Assembly (NCBI RefSeq): GCF_006345805.1
Contig: NW_021826696.1
Span: 1-12,179, forward strand
Direction: 5' to 3'
Length of the DNA: 12,179 nucleotides
From: Octopus sinensis
Lineage: Eukaryota
Positions 9,130-12,179 of this stretch are shown here, one piece after another. The translations under genes and the position numbers were made by a program. The notes beneath the pieces were generated by a model, which saw nothing but the letters and a program-made list of their open reading frames with translations, did not search any database and was not told the DNA's origin. How positions within the stretch are numbered: the stretch's first letter is position 1; each line of letters begins with the position of its first letter.

Positions 9130-9184
9130 CCTCCACTGCTTAGCACATTGGAAAAGTGTCTTTTATTATAGTCTCAGATTGATC
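9130..9184 (-). mobile_element. Degenerate SINE fragment
   Basis: Minus strand gatcaatctgagactataataaaagacacttttccaatgtgctaagcagtgga resembles the octopus SINE segment ggtcggcccgaggctatagtagaagacacttgcccaaggtgccacgcagtggga as recalled. Confidence 0.45.
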
Positions 9185-9250
9185 AAACCAAATTCGTTTA
9201 GGTCAAAGTCAATCTTTGGTTATTATAATAACATACAACAACAACATATA
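9185..9250. repeat. Right arm of the 66-bp inverted repeat
   Basis: Reverse complement of 8388-8453 at 65/66 positions. Confidence 0.97.
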
Positions 9251-9423
9251 TATTTTATGTATATATATATATAAAATAGTGTACATTTAAACATAAAGAG
9301 AAAATTACCTATGACAGGTAATTTCTACACGCTAGGAGACAGTCAAAAACAACTGAAGACTACAAAAAAAATTCAAGCAATTTCAAAGGGAATGAAAGAT
9401 AAAAACTTTCACTTGTTTTTGTG

Positions 9424-9496
9424 GTTATACTTATAGGTTTCGGATTTTTTAGTAAATACAATAATTTAATTTACCAGGCTAATCCTCTTCAGTAAC
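9424..9496 (-). ncRNA. Minimal type I hammerhead ribozyme (Penelope/retrozyme style)
   Basis: Minus strand GTTA-CTGAAGA-GGATT[loop with GGTAAAT/ATTTACT pairing]AATCC-GAAA-C-CTATAA-G-T-A-TAAC. Stem I is 4 bp, stem II at least 5 bp, stem III 2 bp, and the cleavage triplet is GUA. All conserved core nucleotides are present. Confidence 0.8.
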
Positions 9497-9676
9497 TGAG
9501 CCCTTCAAAACTAACTTATAATTATGAGACCGATAGCAAGTGTCTCATCTCTATGTGTTATAATTTTTTCAAAATCCACCATGCAAGTGTAGTTTCAGTC
9601 GTATAATATGTTGTGTATTGACTTTTTATACATGCTAGACCACTGGTAATTAATTTGTAAAAATTGAATACCCTAT

Positions 9677-9926
9677 ATAGATATATATGTATATGTATGT
9701 ATATATATGTATGTGTATATGTATATATATGTATATCTATATATATATATATGTATATGTATGTATGTAAATATGTATATACATGTATGTATATATGTAT
9801 ATATATGCATATATCTATATATATGTGTATATATATATATATATGTGTGTATAACTGTGCATATATGTGTATATATTATATGTATATGTATACCTATATG
9901 TATATATATATTGTATGTAGATGTAT

Positions 9927-9981
<55 letters not shown>

Positions 9982-10024
9982 CATACACATGTATATCTGT
10001 GTATATATATGTATATATACATAT
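9677..10024. repeat. Compound (TA)n/(TATG)n/(TG)n microsatellite
   Basis: About 350 nt of alternating purine/pyrimidine, including a pure (TA)n run around 9937-9977. Confidence 0.97.
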
Positions 10025-10025
10025 C

Positions 10026-12179
10026 CACAACGTGGGGTCGAGGTTTCTACGGGACAACCTGCTGAGAGCCACTGACTAGATCTGTGGCTGGTGCAAATTC
10101 CCCACTCAACCCAAGGTAACGTGGTGGTGGAACAATGTGGTTGACAGGGCTATTAGACAGAAGAAACAGGCTTAGAAGGACTGGAAGAACGGAGGTAGCA
10201 GGGAACTGTATCAGACTGCCAGAAGGGAAACTAGGAGACAGGTTTATTTAGCCAGAGGGGAAGCAGATAAGTAAAAAAATTTGCCAATGTTCTGTGCCGT
10301 GAGGACCAAAGACTTGAGATATTTTGTGTTGCAAGACAGTGTGTGAGAGAGAATCGTAATGTGATAGGAGAGAAATGTGTTCGCATGGATGATGGTTCAC
10401 TTGTGCTAAATGAGGATGAAAAGAGAGAGGTTTGGAGACGCCACTATGAAAGGTTGCTGAATAAAGAAAATGAATGGGATAAAGAGAGTCTGCTGAATGT
10501 CAACCCAACAGAGGGACCAGGTATCCGAGGTGACAGTTCTTTGGTAGTTGAGGCAATTAGAAGCATGAAGACAGGTAAAGTCCCAGGCCCATCAGGAATT
10601 ACTGCAGAGATGCTCAAAATATTTGGCAGTGTTGACTATAGCCTAGTCACCCATATAGTTAACCAGGTTATACACGAAGGAGTCATACCCAATGACTGGT
10701 GTAGCAGCATAATAGTCAACTGCTACAAAGTTAACGGTGACGCCCTAGATAGAAATAATTACAGAGGTATCAGGCTGTTGGATCAAGTAATGAAGGTTAC
10801 GGAGAGGGTCATAGCCCAACTGATTATAGAGAGAGTCAATTTGGATGAGATGCAGTTTGGTTTCGTGCCAGGGAAAAGCACCACTGATGCCACATTTCTG
10901 GTGAGACAGCTGCAGGAGAAATACCTAGCCAAAGATAAGCCCCTGTACCTGGCTTTCGTTGACATGGAGAAAACCTTCGACAGGGTCCCCCGATACCTTA
11001 TCTGGTGGTCAATGAAGAAACTAGGGATAGATGAATGGCTGGTAAGAGCTGTGCAGGCCATGTACAGGGACGCTGTCAGTAAGGTAAGGGTTGGCAACGT
11101 GTACACTGAAGAATTCAAGGTAGAGGTTGGGGTCCACCAGCGTTCAGTCCTCAGCCCCCTCCTATTTATCATAGTCCTCCAGGCAATTACGGAGGAATTC
11201 AAGACAGGATGCCCGTGGGAGCTCCTCTATGCTGACGACCTTGCTCTAATTGCTGAGTCACTATCAGAACTGGAGGAGAAGTTTCAGGTGTGGAAGCAAG
11301 GATTAGAATCGAAGGGCCTTAGAGTCAACCAAGCTAAAACCAAAGTCCTAATAAGTAGGAAGGTAGACAAACTACAAACACCTTCAGGTAGATGGCCCTG
11401 CTCGATCTGTAGAAAAAGGCGTAGGTAGACACTCTATAAGATGTACCCAGTGTAAGCTATGGACACATAAGAGTTGTAGCAATGTCAAAGGAAGGCTAAC
11501 TGGGAAGGTAGTTTTTGTATGTGGCAGATGCTCAGGAGCAATAAACATTGAAAATGTGCAGAAAACAACTTCCGTCACTTTCCAGGGGCAAAAACTAGAA
11601 GTAGCTGATAGCTTCCATTATCTAGGTGACCAAGTCAGTAGCGGGGGCGGGTGTGCTGAAAGTGTAACTGCTAGAGTAAGAATAGCCTAGGCAAAGTTCA
11701 GGGAGCTCTTACCTCTGCTGGTGACTAAAGGCCTCTCACTCAGAGTAAAAGGCAGACTGTATGATGCATGTGTACGGACAGCCATGCTACATGGCAGTGA
11801 AACATGGGGCGTGACTGCTGAGGACATGCGTAGGCTCATGAGGAATGAAGCCAGTATGCCCCGATGGATGTGTAATGTCAGTGTACATACTCGACAGACT
11901 GTAAGTACCTTGACAGAAATGTTGGACCTAAGAAGCATCAACTGTGGTATGCAAGAGAGACGTTTGCGCTGGTATGGCCATGTGGCGAGAATGGATGAAG
12001 ATAGGTGTGTGAAAAAGTGCCAATCCCTAGCAGTTGAGGGAACCCGTGGAAGAGGTAGACCCAGGAAAACCTGGGACGAGGTGGTGAAGCACGACCTTCG
12101 AACTTTAGGCCTCACAGAGGCAATGACTAGCGCCCGAGACCTTTCGAAATATGTTGTGCGTGAGAAGACCTGGCAGGAC
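10026..12179 (+). mobile_element. Relatively young 5'-truncated RTE-clade LINE: linker, complete RT, PHD finger and C-terminal domain, running off the window
   Basis: [15 protein letters not shown]...KVTWWWN; RT ORF at 10343-11428 (KTGKVPGPSGI, NYRGIRLL, QFGFVPGKSTTDA, FVDMEKTFDRVPR, VHQRSVLSPLLF, YADD at 11228-11239). A +1 frameshift in the A5 run at 11413-11417 is followed by the PHD finger and LHGSETW...RRLRWYGHV...RGRPRKTW. Stops at 10077, 10173, 10272 and 11688. No APE endonuclease domain in this copy. Confidence 0.95.

Noticed and set aside
8971-9171. ORF 8947-9171 with an upstream pyrimidine-tract AG as a VPS54 exon
   Set aside because: No VPS54 similarity and no good donor; it overlaps the MITE end, the ribozyme motif and a SINE fragment.
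9512-9553. Minus-strand GAGATGA-GAC...GTC-TCAT-AATTATAAGT as a fourth hammerhead
   Set aside because: Two core mismatches and no GAAA; only the hairpin is supportable.
9664-10075. Four ORFs of 85-133 aa rich in Y/I/C/M/H/T
   Set aside because: Translations of the (TA)n/(TG)n microsatellite, which lacks stop codons.
10783-11202. Minus-strand ORF of 139 aa, and likewise 11687-12115, 2585-2976 and 6683-6892
   Set aside because: Antisense shadows of RTE coding sequence with no independent features.
10077-11690. Several TGG>TAG and CAG>TAG stops in the young RTE as a sign of APOBEC-like editing
   Set aside because: Too few events, and no consensus is available to polarise the other substitutions; ordinary transitions suffice.
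187-11824. Other CTGANGA heptamers (187, 3583, 11105, 11232, 11818)
   Set aside because: They lie in RT coding remnants or lack a stem II plus GAAA arrangement.

Overview
AT-rich eukaryotic genomic DNA. The repeat types suggest a cephalopod, probably Octopus; this is inferred from remembered repeat families, not from a search. The window holds three + strand coding exons of VPS54, a GARP complex subunit (853-1154, 3968-4064, 4948-4982), which splice in frame. The first exon lies upstream of the window and the next exon lies downstream. The introns are mostly transposon debris: a decayed R4/Dong-like RT, several RTE-clade LINE copies on both strands, tRNA-derived SINE pieces, a Helitron helicase C-terminus, a TA-flanked Tc2/pogo-type MITE and microsatellites. 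One RTE is nested exactly inside another, and two RTE copies carry a full PHD finger within the RT ORF. The least explained part is 8388-9550. It has a near-perfect 66-bp inverted repeat pair and a hairpin-rich stretch with one complete minimal hammerhead ribozyme on the - strand, one or two damaged hammerheads on the + strand, and no Penelope ORF nearby. All alignments and folds were done by eye, and none of the ribozyme calls has been tested.
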